From: a virus
Lineage: Duplodnaviria > Heunggongvirae > Uroviricota > Caudoviricetes
DNA: 64,000 bases
Direction: 5' to 3' (one strand)
Virus record (IMG/VR): IMGVR_UViG_3300030019_000001
The notes beneath the pieces are model-generated. The model ran no database searches. It saw only the letters and a list, made by a program, of their open reading frames with translations, and was not told where the DNA came from. The translations under genes and the position numbers were made by a program. This document shows positions 19,615 through 29,074 of this stretch, piece after piece. How positions within the stretch are numbered: the first letter of the stretch is position 1; every line of letters starts with the position of its first letter.

Positions 19615-20736
19615 TTATTTTTTATTATCAATTTCAGATATTATTTCTTCTAATGTAAATCCTTTTTTCATATATTTATATACATTATATCTCTCATAAC
19701 CAAATGATGAATCATAATGCTTATAAAGTTTGTTTATCATTTTGTTGTAATCTCCTATTTCTTCTAAGTTTTTAAACTCACCAACTTCATAATAAATTGA
19801 TTCGATTGTAATAGTTTCTTTTGGATTGAATATGGCATATGTATTATGCTTTTTTTCTTTTGCAACATAACCAGCAAATCCTAATTTTTCAATTGCGCTA
19901 GAAACAGAATCATTTTCATAATATCTCCATGTGTCATCCAATTTTATTTTTTTTGGTTTTTTGTTCCATGATTTTTTGAGTTTAGACGCATAATCTTTCA
20001 TCATATTTTCTTTTGCTATATCATATAATTCAACTCCTTTTATATACTGTTCATCAGGAATTTCAAATTTTAAATATGTTTTGTGATATTTTTTGTCCAG
20101 AAATATACCAGTCAAATGATCCGATATTCCATAAATTTCCTTTCCTTTAAAAATTTCTTTAATATAATTTCTAAAATCATCAAAGTATTTACGATATTCA
20201 TATCCAAAATGATTATCACCATATCTTATTGAGTCAGCTCCACTTAAATGATAATTAAAATTCTTTTTGTCAATAGTATAAACATTTTCAGAATCAACAT
20301 CAACTACAATTAATTTATCAATTTTATAATATGGGTCATCTACTATATCTCCAACTTTAGCATTTGATATATAATCAATTGGCTCAATTGTATCATCACC
20401 TTTCAATAATTTTAAAATATCCTGTTTTGTATAATCAGCAGGAAAGCAAAAATTACTCATATAGCATGTTATTTTATCTGGTAATATATCATCTAATTTT
20501 TTTAAATGTTCATCTATGTTAGCATCAAATATCTTACCATTTAATTTGCATGTATATATGACTGGTGATTGATCTAATTCATTATCACTAGATTTCTCAC
20601 TAGCATAATCATACGCAAATTGAGAATTATCTGAAAAAAATGTAATTTTATTTTTAAACTCAGAAAATAAGTATGGTGAGCCATGATATAACGTAAAATT
20701 TGACATCATTTTTTCAAAAGTTTTTAAATATTTCAT
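19615..20736 (-). CDS. hypothetical protein (MKYLKTFEKM leader family)
   Basis: 373 aa ORF. Confidence 0.55.
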   Translation of the reverse strand: MKYLKTFEKMMSNFTLYHGSPYLFSEFKNKITFFSDNSQFAYDYASEKSSDNELDQSPVIYTCKLNGKIFDANIDEHLKKLDDILPDKITCYMSNFCFPADYTKQDILKLLKGDDTIEPIDYISNAKVGDIVDDPYYKIDKLIVVDVDSENVYTIDKKNFNYHLSGADSIRYGDNHFGYEYRKYFDDFRNYIKEIFKGKEIYGISDHLTGIFLDKKYHKTYLKFEIPDEQYIKGVELYDIAKENMMKDYASKLKKSWNKKPKKIKLDDTWRYYENDSVSSAIEKLGFAGYVAKEKKHNTYAIFNPKETITIESIYYEVGEFKNLEEIGDYNKMINKLYKHYDSSFGYERYNVYKYMKKGFTLEEIISEIDNKK

Positions 20737-20788
20737 AAATTATTTTTTATTTTATACATTATATATTATTATTCCAAATCTTTTTTGT

Positions 20789-20796
20789 ATCTTTGT
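20789..20796 (+). promoter_or_regulatory. TAnnTTTG -7-like promoter element
   Basis: ttttttgTATCTTTGtaaat, 34 nt upstream of the ATG at 20823. Confidence 0.45.
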
Positions 20797-20822
20797 AAAT
20801 CTAATAATTTAATAAAGTAAAT

Positions 20823-21329
20823 ATGACAACATTTGAAGATACATTTAATGTTTGGATGAACAAAAAAGTAAAACATCAATTAGAAATAATAGACAACATT
20901 TCATCTGAAACTGATATTAATCCTCAAAAATGGTTCACTGAAAATTTCTTACGTAGACAAGTTGATGATTTTACTGGAACTGAATTTGTATCAGTTCTAT
21001 TAGAAAATTATTTATGCTATTTGTCCAATTGTTTTGATAGAATAGTAGGAGATTATTTAGAAAGTACTCATAATAATGTTTATGGTGAGCCAATATTTGA
21101 CATATATATGACATTAGAATATAGCTATGATAAAAATAAACTATTTATCAATGAACAATTTGGAGAAATATCTGATATAGAAAGCGTTATAAAATCAATA
21201 TCTATAGATAATAGATATGAATTAACTAAAAATAAATTATTTTCATATATTATCAATGAAACAAAATTGAATATTTTTTCTAATAAAGAAATAAGAGCAT
21301 TAAAATTGAAATGTTTAAATGAAATATAA
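20823..21329 (+). CDS. hypothetical protein
   Basis: 168 aa ORF. Confidence 0.5.
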   Translation: MTTFEDTFNVWMNKKVKHQLEIIDNISSETDINPQKWFTENFLRRQVDDFTGTEFVSVLLENYLCYLSNCFDRIVGDYLESTHNNVYGEPIFDIYMTLEYSYDKNKLFINEQFGEISDIESVIKSISIDNRYELTKNKLFSYIINETKLNIFSNKEIRALKLKCLNEI

Positions 21330-21543
21330 AGTAGGAGACATTATTTATTTTAAACAAATGTATGATAGTGAATCAATAATATTAGATATTATGATTTATA
21401 CTCACAAAAAACCTCAGTATAAATTTAGATTTCTTGATAATGATGATACACATATCATTACTTATGATTATATAGAAAATCAAACAGAATTGAATATTAA
21501 ATTTATGAGAAAGCAAAAATTGTATAAATTACATGAAATATAA
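21319..21543 (+). CDS. small paralog 1 (MKYKVGDI... / ...RKQKLYKLHEI)
   Basis: Tandem family member with an ATGA stop/start overlap to the next copy. Confidence 0.5.
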   Translation: MKYKVGDIIYFKQMYDSESIILDIMIYTHKKPQYKFRFLDNDDTHIITYDYIENQTELNIKFMRKQKLYKLHEI

Positions 21544-21748
21544 AGCTGGAGATATTGTTATAGGTGATTATTTTAGAATAATGATTTTATCTTATGAATA
21601 TGACGAATATAAATATTGTGTAATAAATTATTTAAATGAAATATCAAAATTTGTACACAACTACAACGCATTAATAATAGACAATGAATCAAAATTAGAT
21701 ATCAAATCTACTAGAAAAGAAAAATTGAAACAATTATATGAAATATAA
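21533..21748 (+). CDS. small paralog 2 (MKYKAGDI... / ...RKEKLKQLYEI)
   Basis: As for paralog 1. Confidence 0.5.
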   Translation: MKYKAGDIVIGDYFRIMILSYEYDEYKYCVINYLNEISKFVHNYNALIIDNESKLDIKSTRKEKLKQLYEI

Positions 21749-21941
21749 AGTTGGTGATATTGTAGACGGAAAGAATAGTAAATTAGTAATATTAAAAATT
21801 TGGGATGGATATTATTATTATGTAGATAATAAAAGTCTGAATTTGTCTAAACGTGTACATTTCGATTATTTAGACTATAATTCTGAATTGGATATTAAAT
21901 CAATGAGAAAACAAAAATTAATAAAATTAAATGAGATATAA
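21738..21941 (+). CDS. small paralog 3 (MKYKVGDI... / ...RKQKLIKLNEI)
   Basis: As for paralog 1. Confidence 0.5.
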   Translation: MKYKVGDIVDGKNSKLVILKIWDGYYYYVDNKSLNLSKRVHFDYLDYNSELDIKSMRKQKLIKLNEI

Positions 21942-22176
21942 AGTTGGAGCTGTTGTTGTTGGTACAAAAGGTATGGTATTTAAAATAGTAATATTAAAAA
22001 TTTTAAATGATAATTATGTATATAGTCATGATATACCAGCAAATAAATCAGTTCATACAGTAAGGAAAAAATCTATTGAATCTAAATATTTAGATGAATA
22101 TTCAGAATTAGATAAACAATATACAAGAAAACAAAAATTAATTCAATTGAATGATACTTCAGCAGTGGTTAAATAA
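21931..22176 (+). CDS. small paralog 4 (MRYKVGAV... / ...RKQKLIQLND...)
   Basis: As for paralog 1. Confidence 0.5.
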   Translation: MRYKVGAVVVGTKGMVFKIVILKILNDNYVYSHDIPANKSVHTVRKKSIESKYLDEYSELDKQYTRKQKLIQLNDTSAVVK

Positions 22177-22729
22177 TCCTGATTTTTTAGAAAAGAATCA
22201 ATTTGATAAAAGAAAAATATTAAAAAGATCCATATTATCTGATAAATATTGCGTAATAGGAAAAACATACATATGTTTTGATAACGAAAACTACTGCTCA
22301 GATATTAGATATTATAATTCATCTAGTCATTGTGATTTAACAATTGGTAAATCATATGAAATATTAGATCATAAAAAAGGCAAAATTAAAATTTTAAATG
22401 ACGGAAATAAAAAAATTTGGAGCACGATAAATAGATTTATGTATTCAATAAAATATGAGAGAAGAGATAAATTAAAAAATATAGTCAAATCATCAGATGA
22501 TATTTTTGTTGATGAGCCAGAAAAAAAATTAATTTGCGTTCTATGTGGACAAGATTGGGGTATTGAGAATAAGTTTACAAATACTTGTGAAAATAATGAA
22601 TGTAATGGATTCTGTACATGGGGCTATTATTCCATGAAACCAGAAAGTTTCACAATTGATGATGACGGCTTTTGGCATTTGATACCTATTCCTAAAGATT
22701 TAAAAGAATTATATAATCCTAAAAAATAA
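22151..22729 (+). CDS. Cys-rich hypothetical protein (putative zinc-binding)
   Basis: CVLCGQDWG...CENNECNGFC. Confidence 0.5.
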   Translation: MILQQWLNNPDFLEKNQFDKRKILKRSILSDKYCVIGKTYICFDNENYCSDIRYYNSSSHCDLTIGKSYEILDHKKGKIKILNDGNKKIWSTINRFMYSIKYERRDKLKNIVKSSDDIFVDEPEKKLICVLCGQDWGIENKFTNTCENNECNGFCTWGYYSMKPESFTIDDDGFWHLIPIPKDLKELYNPKK

Positions 22730-22735
22730 ATAAGT

Positions 22736-23125
22736 ATGTTAGATAAAAAATCAACTCAGTGTATTAAAGAACATATCATTCACACGGCGACAAAAATAAA
22801 CGTTAAAAGTGGTAGATGTAGATATAATTTCAGATGTCAAATGAATGCTGTTAATGACGCACTAAGTAGCAATCAACCAACTGTTGGTATGTGTGTTTGT
22901 ATTAATAGTGATAATTGTATTATACATTTTGTTAACATATCAAAAAACAACACGTTCATTGATAATACTTTAGGACAATGGTCAGTTAAATATGATTACT
23001 ATTTAGTTAAAATTATTGAAAAAAAGGATTTTTTAAATATAAATAATATTTTTATTAAATATAGAAAAGAATTACACCAAAAATTGCCATTATATTTAAG
23101 AATGGTAAATACAGTTGAATTTTAA
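22736..23125 (+). CDS. hypothetical protein
   Basis: 129 aa ORF. Confidence 0.45.
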   Translation: MLDKKSTQCIKEHIIHTATKINVKSGRCRYNFRCQMNAVNDALSSNQPTVGMCVCINSDNCIIHFVNISKNNTFIDNTLGQWSVKYDYYLVKIIEKKDFLNINNIFIKYRKELHQKLPLYLRMVNTVEF

Positions 23126-23389
23126 ATGAAAATAGATAAAGGTTGGGGCTGCTGGGATTTGATAAATCCAACAAGACTTGATGACATTGCATATTATCTT
23201 TTGGTCCAAGATTATGTGAAAGATTATAAAGATTCTATACCATTTCTACCAAATATGGATTATGAGCCACCTAATCAAAGTTGGATTAATTATAAATATT
23301 TTAGTGAACTCAAATATTCTAAATATTATAATAATGCAAATAATATATTAAGAAAAGAAAAACTAGTTAAATTAAAAGAAATACAATAA
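23126..23389 (+). CDS. small protein with RKEKLVKLKEIQ tail
   Basis: C-terminal-tail family member. Confidence 0.45.
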   Translation: MKIDKGWGCWDLINPTRLDDIAYYLLVQDYVKDYKDSIPFLPNMDYEPPNQSWINYKYFSELKYSKYYNNANNILRKEKLVKLKEIQ

Positions 23390-23393
23390 TATT

Positions 23394-24071
23394 ATGAAAA
23401 AGAAAATAGTAGTATTTACTGGTGCTGGAATAAGTGCAGAAAGCGGAATTCAAACTTTCAGGGATTCTGACGGACTTTGGGAGCAATATGATGTTAAAGA
23501 CGTCGCAACGATTGATGGTTGGAGGAAAGATAGAAAATTGGTATTAAAATTTTACAATGAAAGGCATAAACAATTAGATACAGTAGAACCTAATTCTGCA
23601 CATTACTTTCTTGCTGAATTAGAACAGAAATATGATGTTCAGATAGTGACGCAAAATGTGGACGATTTACATGAGAGAGCAGGCAGTACAAATGTGTTAC
23701 ATCTCCATGGACAATTAACAAAGATGAGAGCATTTAACAATAATACTGTTTATGATTGGCCAAAAGACTTTGATATTCAAACAGATAGTGTAGATGAAAA
23801 TGGTGATACATTACGACCACATATTGTTTGGTTCGGTGAAGATGTACCAAATATGGGTAAAGCTGAAAAATTAACAAAAGAAGCAGATATTCTTATTGTA
23901 ATTGGAACATCATTACAAGTTTATCCTGCAGCAAATTTGTTATATAAAGTAAATTTCAGAACACACACATATTATATTGATCCATCTGATTCTGATGTTG
24001 GTATTGATATTCGAAATTTCACTCATATTAAAGAAACAGCAACAAAAGGAGTCAAAAAATTAAAATTATAA
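23394..24071 (+). CDS. Sir2-family NAD-dependent protein deacylase/sirtuin (CobB-like), lacking the zinc-ribbon cysteines
   Basis: GAGISAESGIQTFRDSDGLW, QNVDDLHERAGS and LHLHG motifs are present. There are no Cys residues where the 4-Cys Zn module normally sits. Confidence 0.8.
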   Translation: MKKKIVVFTGAGISAESGIQTFRDSDGLWEQYDVKDVATIDGWRKDRKLVLKFYNERHKQLDTVEPNSAHYFLAELEQKYDVQIVTQNVDDLHERAGSTNVLHLHGQLTKMRAFNNNTVYDWPKDFDIQTDSVDENGDTLRPHIVWFGEDVPNMGKAEKLTKEADILIVIGTSLQVYPAANLLYKVNFRTHTYYIDPSDSDVGIDIRNFTHIKETATKGVKKLKL

Positions 24072-24073
24072 AT

Positions 24074-24394
24074 ATGATAATAGAACATAAAAGTGAAAAA
24101 TATGGAATATATTATGGAGAATTAGTTGAGTTTGACTACACTACACATATGATATATTCAGATTGGAGTGAGAGAGAGACTTCAATTTTTTGTGAACAGC
24201 TTGAAGAATACGGTGTATCAGAAATTGTTTTTGATGTTGAAGATGGAGAAAATGAAAATAAATTCTCGTCAACATTATATATTGAAACAACAGATAACAC
24301 AAATTACAAAAAACTTCTGTTGTTAATTTTATCAAAACATCCTGATGAGTTTTCAGAAGAAACAAATAACCACTTTAGAATGTGGTTTGATTAA
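24074..24394 (+). CDS. hypothetical protein
   Basis: 106 aa ORF. Confidence 0.45.
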   Translation: MIIEHKSEKYGIYYGELVEFDYTTHMIYSDWSERETSIFCEQLEEYGVSEIVFDVEDGENENKFSSTLYIETTDNTNYKKLLLLILSKHPDEFSEETNNHFRMWFD

Positions 24395-24412
24395 CAAATA
24401 AATTATAATATT

Positions 24413-24853
24413 ATGTCAAGTGTTACAGAGAAAATGAGCGAATATTTAGAGTTTTTAAAAACTCCTGAGGGAGAAGAAAGTATTCGTGAATTTAAAGCAA
24501 AATTACAATTAGAAGTAGATATTAAGGATAATAACATTGAAAGAATTAAAAAAATGTTTAATGATCAAGAAACTTTTGATTCTTTAGTTAATAGAATAAT
24601 ATGTAAAAATGGTGATGAATGGAGAGACAAATGCTGGAAAAATGGTTGTATGCCATATCCAACTAATCTATTAAACTCATTATTTGATTTAGCAGAACAA
24701 GAAGGAGTTGAAATTACTGAAACTATTGATGATTTCACAGAACATTTTCAGTCTGATATATGTGAATATAAAGGATGGCAATTTGCTATGACATATGGAC
24801 AAGGAACCTGTGGTAGTATATACTACAATAAAAAATTAATGTATAGAGATTGA
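24413..24853 (+). CDS. hypothetical protein
   Basis: 146 aa ORF. Confidence 0.5.
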   Translation: MSSVTEKMSEYLEFLKTPEGEESIREFKAKLQLEVDIKDNNIERIKKMFNDQETFDSLVNRIICKNGDEWRDKCWKNGCMPYPTNLLNSLFDLAEQEGVEITETIDDFTEHFQSDICEYKGWQFAMTYGQGTCGSIYYNKKLMYRD

Positions 24854-25116
24854 ATTCATTAAAAACAGTAAAATCAAGATATAGTGTATCTAAAATATCA
24901 CCAAATTGTTATAGTAATATTTCAGTAAGTGCGAATACAAATAGTGTTGTTTCTGGTTCAACAGGATCATTAGAACAAGGATATATTTTTGTTCCTTATA
25001 TAATGATGTCTACAACAATATCAGATCTTATAGAATCAAGAGAAAATAAGATCGCAAGATTAAAAGAAGAAAGAATAGAAAAACTCAACAAATTAAAAAA
25101 TATTAAAAATGAATAA
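24850..25116 (+). CDS. hypothetical protein
   Basis: 88 aa ORF with a 4-nt overlap. Confidence 0.4.
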   Translation: MNSLKTVKSRYSVSKISPNCYSNISVSANTNSVVSGSTGSLEQGYIFVPYIMMSTTISDLIESRENKIARLKEERIEKLNKLKNIKNE

Positions 25117-25825
25117 TTTTTTTCAACATCACTTAGATTTTAAAAAAGAATCAGCGGAATTAGAAAGTAAACACAATAAAGAAAATTTAGATTTATCTTT
25201 AAAATTTGAAGATTTGGATTATTCTTTTATAAAGAAATATATTCAACAAAATATTACTCATAGAAATACCAATTTTCTAAGCGATGAAGATAAATTATCT
25301 GCTTCTGAAATAAAGAGTTCTATTATAACATCATATAGAAATAAAGGTTGCTATAATTCACCATCAGATTTGATTTGTGTAGGGTATAATGATTTAAATG
25401 AAGAAGAGAAAAAAGATATTAATGATGGCTATTATGAATATCTAAAATCAAGTAATCATATAAATATAATATTGGATAAAAAATATACATTTGGTACATT
25501 ATGTGATCGTAATGATATTTTTATAGAAAAAATTGATTTTGAAAATGATGTAGTCTATATTATATTGAGAACAATGTTTAAGTCAGGAATGACAAAAGAA
25601 TATTTTAGTGAAGATAATTATTACTTTAAAATGTCATTATCTGAATTAGATTTTTTTCATAAAAATAATTTAGATTTCAATTTAAATAAAGAATTACCGA
25701 TATATTTACAATATCCTGAATTAGATATGTATCTTGGTAGTATAACTACTCCAGGTTCAATAAAAGCGTCAGAATTGCTTATAAATTATTTGAGTGAAGA
25801 TAGAAAAAAATTGGTAGATAAATAA
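25109..25825 (+). CDS. hypothetical protein
   Basis: 238 aa ORF. Confidence 0.5.
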   Translation: MNNFFQHHLDFKKESAELESKHNKENLDLSLKFEDLDYSFIKKYIQQNITHRNTNFLSDEDKLSASEIKSSIITSYRNKGCYNSPSDLICVGYNDLNEEEKKDINDGYYEYLKSSNHINIILDKKYTFGTLCDRNDIFIEKIDFENDVVYIILRTMFKSGMTKEYFSEDNYYFKMSLSELDFFHKNNLDFNLNKELPIYLQYPELDMYLGSITTPGSIKASELLINYLSEDRKKLVDK

Positions 25826-25845
25826 CCTTAAAAAATTAGGTTTGA

Positions 25846-26118
25846 ATGAATAACACAAATTATAAAAAAGGAGATAAAGTTATTTGTATTAGAAATGATG
25901 GAGGATATGAAAATTCATTAACAATTGGAGAATCTTATAAAGTTATGTATATTGATAAAATAGATGGTGCTTATCATGTTCAAGTAAAATCAGATGATTT
26001 TGATGAAGGACGAGTTACTGTTTTTTTAAGTAGATTTATATCAACTACTGAATATAAAAAAATTCAAAGAAAAGAAAAATTAGAAAATATAAATAATTTA
26101 TTATCAAATGAATTTTAA
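25846..26118 (+). CDS. small paralog (KKGDKVICIRNDGGYE... / ...RKEKLENINN...)
   Basis: Family with a shared N-terminal beta-rich domain and the C-terminal tail. Confidence 0.5.
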   Translation: MNNTNYKKGDKVICIRNDGGYENSLTIGESYKVMYIDKIDGAYHVQVKSDDFDEGRVTVFLSRFISTTEYKKIQRKEKLENINNLLSNEF

Positions 26119-26362
26119 AAAAAGAGATGAAGTTGTGTGTATTGATAATACAGGAGGATATGAAAAATATTTAACAATTGGTAAAACATATGAAATTTGT
26201 TGTATTTACAAAGGAAAAATAACTAACTTAGATCATTTTAGAATATTATCTGACGCAAAACATGTATTATTTGTAAATCCATTAGGAACAATGTTTTTGT
26301 CACCCAATGAATTTGAAAGAAAAGAAAGAAAAGACAAACTAAATAGATTAAATTTAGTATAA
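26108..26362 (+). CDS. small paralog (KKRDEVVCIDNTGGYE... / ...RKDKLNRLNLV)
   Basis: As for 25846..26118. Confidence 0.5.
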   Translation: MNFKKRDEVVCIDNTGGYEKYLTIGKTYEICCIYKGKITNLDHFRILSDAKHVLFVNPLGTMFLSPNEFERKERKDKLNRLNLV

Positions 26363-26390
26363 CATATAAATAATAAAAATAAAATAGGAT

Positions 26391-26612
26391 ATGAAAATTT
26401 TAAGAAAAAAAGACACCTTTAAGAAATTACCTGATGCTAGTATAAATGATGTTGTATCAATAAAATCTTACATTGAACAAGGATGGAAATATTGTTCAAA
26501 AAAAGAATATAAGGATTTTTTCAAATCAGAAACATCTGAGAAATTAGAAGAAAAGACGATTGAGAAATCTGAAATTAAAGAAAAGAAGAAAGAAAAGAAG
26601 CACGGTAAATGA
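26391..26612 (+). CDS. K/E-rich small protein
   Basis: 73 aa ORF. Confidence 0.35.
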   Translation: MKILRKKDTFKKLPDASINDVVSIKSYIEQGWKYCSKKEYKDFFKSETSEKLEEKTIEKSEIKEKKKEKKHGK

Positions 26613-27043
26613 TTTTAGATATAATTAAATATGATGATTTAAACTCAGGAAAATTAAGAAAAATAAACGTGAACGTAAAAAAGGAGAATCCATTTCTACT
26701 TTCCTTAATCAAAAACATGTTTGAAACTCTTAATTATCACAAATTTGAATTTGGATTGTCTGCTCCTCAAGTTGGACACAATTTAAATTTATTTATAATT
26801 GATAATCCTGATTTAAAGGAAGTATTTATTAATCCAGAAATATATCTTGATGGACTTTTTATTCAAAATAAGGAGAGATGTCTAAGTTTACCTAATTTGG
26901 AATTTCCTATTAATAGAAGGTCAATTGTTATGATTAAATATTATGATATAAATTGGAATTATAAATTGTTGACATTAAAAGATTTGAACTCAATAGCTGT
27001 TCAACATCAATTTGATCATATCAATGGTAAATTGATAATATGA
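26609..27043 (+). CDS. peptide deformylase-like protein with HQxDH in place of HExxH
   Basis: Motif 1 is GLSAPQVG, motif 2 is ERCLSLP, and motif 3 is QHQFDHINGKL. The catalytic Glu codon reads CAA (Gln). Confidence 0.7.
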   Translation: MILDIIKYDDLNSGKLRKINVNVKKENPFLLSLIKNMFETLNYHKFEFGLSAPQVGHNLNLFIIDNPDLKEVFINPEIYLDGLFIQNKERCLSLPNLEFPINRRSIVMIKYYDINWNYKLLTLKDLNSIAVQHQFDHINGKLII

Positions 27044-27058
27044 AAATAATAGTAAAAA

Positions 27059-27301
27059 ATGTTAGAAGAAATTATAAACAATTATCCAGATGAAGGAATA
27101 TTATCTGCTGATGGTTTGGATGATGCAGTAATTGGTTTAGAAATGAATTCAATGAGATTAATTTACTCAGTATCAAAATGTATAGAAATATTTATTACTG
27201 ATGGTATGACAGAAGAAGAAGCATTAGAATTCTTTGAATTCAATACCGCTGGTGCTTATATGGGAGAACACACACCAATTTGGTGTTATGATGAATTTTA
27301 A
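27059..27301 (+). CDS. hypothetical protein
   Basis: 80 aa ORF. Confidence 0.4.
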   Translation: MLEEIINNYPDEGILSADGLDDAVIGLEMNSMRLIYSVSKCIEIFITDGMTEEEALEFFEFNTAGAYMGEHTPIWCYDEF

Positions 27302-27312
27302 TTTTATAAATT

Positions 27313-27675
27313 ATGAAAAAATGGACAGATTTATTGGTAGGAGAGCCAATATATATTTTAGAATATTATAATGATAATATAAATAGTTTTATTAAAACAA
27401 AATGTATAGGTTTTGATAATATAGGATATGCAGTAGCAATTGGTTATTATGTTGAAAGATTAGCAAATGATAAAGATTTTGAAGGTACTGGATTATGTTT
27501 TCCATTAAATAAAACAGAGTTCAAAAACTCAAAAATAGAACACAACAATAAATATTTCTTCTGCGATATAGATGCTGTTATAGATGAAATGAATGAATAC
27601 GAAAAAGATTTAAATGATTTGAAATCTAAATTTAACAAATTATTTAATACAATAATTGATATAAAAAATAAATAA
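27313..27675 (+). CDS. hypothetical protein
   Basis: 120 aa ORF. Confidence 0.45.
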   Translation: MKKWTDLLVGEPIYILEYYNDNINSFIKTKCIGFDNIGYAVAIGYYVERLANDKDFEGTGLCFPLNKTEFKNSKIEHNNKYFFCDIDAVIDEMNEYEKDLNDLKSKFNKLFNTIIDIKNK

Positions 27676-27693
27676 TTTTTTTATATCAATTTT

Positions 27694-27918
27694 TTGTTGT
27701 ATATTTGTGAAATAATATACTTGAATATGAAAGATAATGAAATATATTCTAACTGGGTTAAAGAATCAAATATAAAAAATTTGACAGGTAATCAATCTAA
27801 GTTAGTTAAAATGATAATTGAGAATAGAAAAGTAATATGTGAAATTGGTAGTTTTTATAAAATATTCGGAAGTATCTATAAATATCTAAAAAATAATAGA
27901 GAAAAACTAGAATATTAA
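27694..27918 (+). CDS. hypothetical protein
   Basis: 74 aa ORF. Confidence 0.35.
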   Translation: MLYICEIIYLNMKDNEIYSNWVKESNIKNLTGNQSKLVKMIIENRKVICEIGSFYKIFGSIYKYLKNNREKLEY

Positions 27919-27920
27919 AT

Positions 27921-28184
27921 ATGAAATCAATTCAATATAAAAAAGGTGAAAAATTTGTTTGCATTGATAATACATCAAAATACACTGGAGCGGAATTAGG
28001 CTACTGCTCTTTAAGATTATTAAAAATTGGTAATATTTATACATTTAATAACATAAATAGTTATGGAGAAATTGCTTTATTTGAAATACCAGGATTTAGT
28101 TTTCGAAAGCAAAGATTTATAAAATATTCTGAATTAAGAAAATTCAAATTGAAAGAATTAAACAATATAAATAAAGAATTATGA
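27921..28184 (+). CDS. small paralog (KKGEKFVCIDN... / ...RKFKLKELNNINKEL)
   Basis: Family member. Confidence 0.45.
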   Translation: MKSIQYKKGEKFVCIDNTSKYTGAELGYCSLRLLKIGNIYTFNNINSYGEIALFEIPGFSFRKQRFIKYSELRKFKLKELNNINKEL

Positions 28185-29026
28185 GTTTAAAAGCATATGA
28201 TGGCATGATGACCAGAAATGGTTTAGCATATATACAAGAAGAAATTTTGAAAAGATTTGATAGATTTGAAGGAGCATCACAAAATGAATTAGCAAAGTGT
28301 TATGCTAGAAATATTATATTACATGTTGATGAAAAATGTAATATTATTCATCAAATGGAATATTCAGCTATCAATGAAATCAATTCAATAAAAAATGAAA
28401 TAAAAAACATCTCAATTGAAGATAACACAACAGTAATTTCTTATTTATTTCAAGCTGGTAACATATTATCAAAAGGACAATACAAAAATGAATTTATGGT
28501 TGATCTTAGTTTATCAATTGATTGTAAAAATGATAAAATATTAGTGTTTCCTAATATTAATGTAGGAGAGCATAGAAAAATTCTTTTAGAATTTCTAACA
28601 GATTGGTATTGTCAAAATCAATGTGATGCAGATGAAAATGTATCAGAAGATGAATGGAACGAAAGAGAAAAAGATTGGTATGCATTTAATAATAATAAAG
28701 GTTTATCAATGAAGATTATGATATTCGATCCAACACATTATTACAATAACTTTAATGAGTATTTCAGAGGAGATATCTTGTATCAAAAGATACTAGAAAA
28801 TATTCCTTCAGACGAAAAAAGAAAAAGAAAAATTGTAACTAACCTTTTAATTTCTGAGAAATCAAAAGGTGATAATGATTATTCGAATGTTTGGAATATA
28901 ATGGGAGAATTAAAAAAAGAAGGTAACACTGAAATTGATGATTATATAAACTCACATGATATTCAATTAGTTAAAATTGATGAAGAATTTATTAAAACAA
29001 AATTATTGAAAAATCCATCTGTTTAA
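28181..29026 (+). CDS. hypothetical protein
   Basis: 281 aa ORF. Confidence 0.5.
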   Translation: MSLKAYDGMMTRNGLAYIQEEILKRFDRFEGASQNELAKCYARNIILHVDEKCNIIHQMEYSAINEINSIKNEIKNISIEDNTTVISYLFQAGNILSKGQYKNEFMVDLSLSIDCKNDKILVFPNINVGEHRKILLEFLTDWYCQNQCDADENVSEDEWNEREKDWYAFNNNKGLSMKIMIFDPTHYYNNFNEYFRGDILYQKILENIPSDEKRKRKIVTNLLISEKSKGDNDYSNVWNIMGELKKEGNTEIDDYINSHDIQLVKIDEEFIKTKLLKNPSV

Positions 29027-29074
29027 GATGGATTTTTATTTTTATATATACATTAAATAAAAATAAATTATTAA

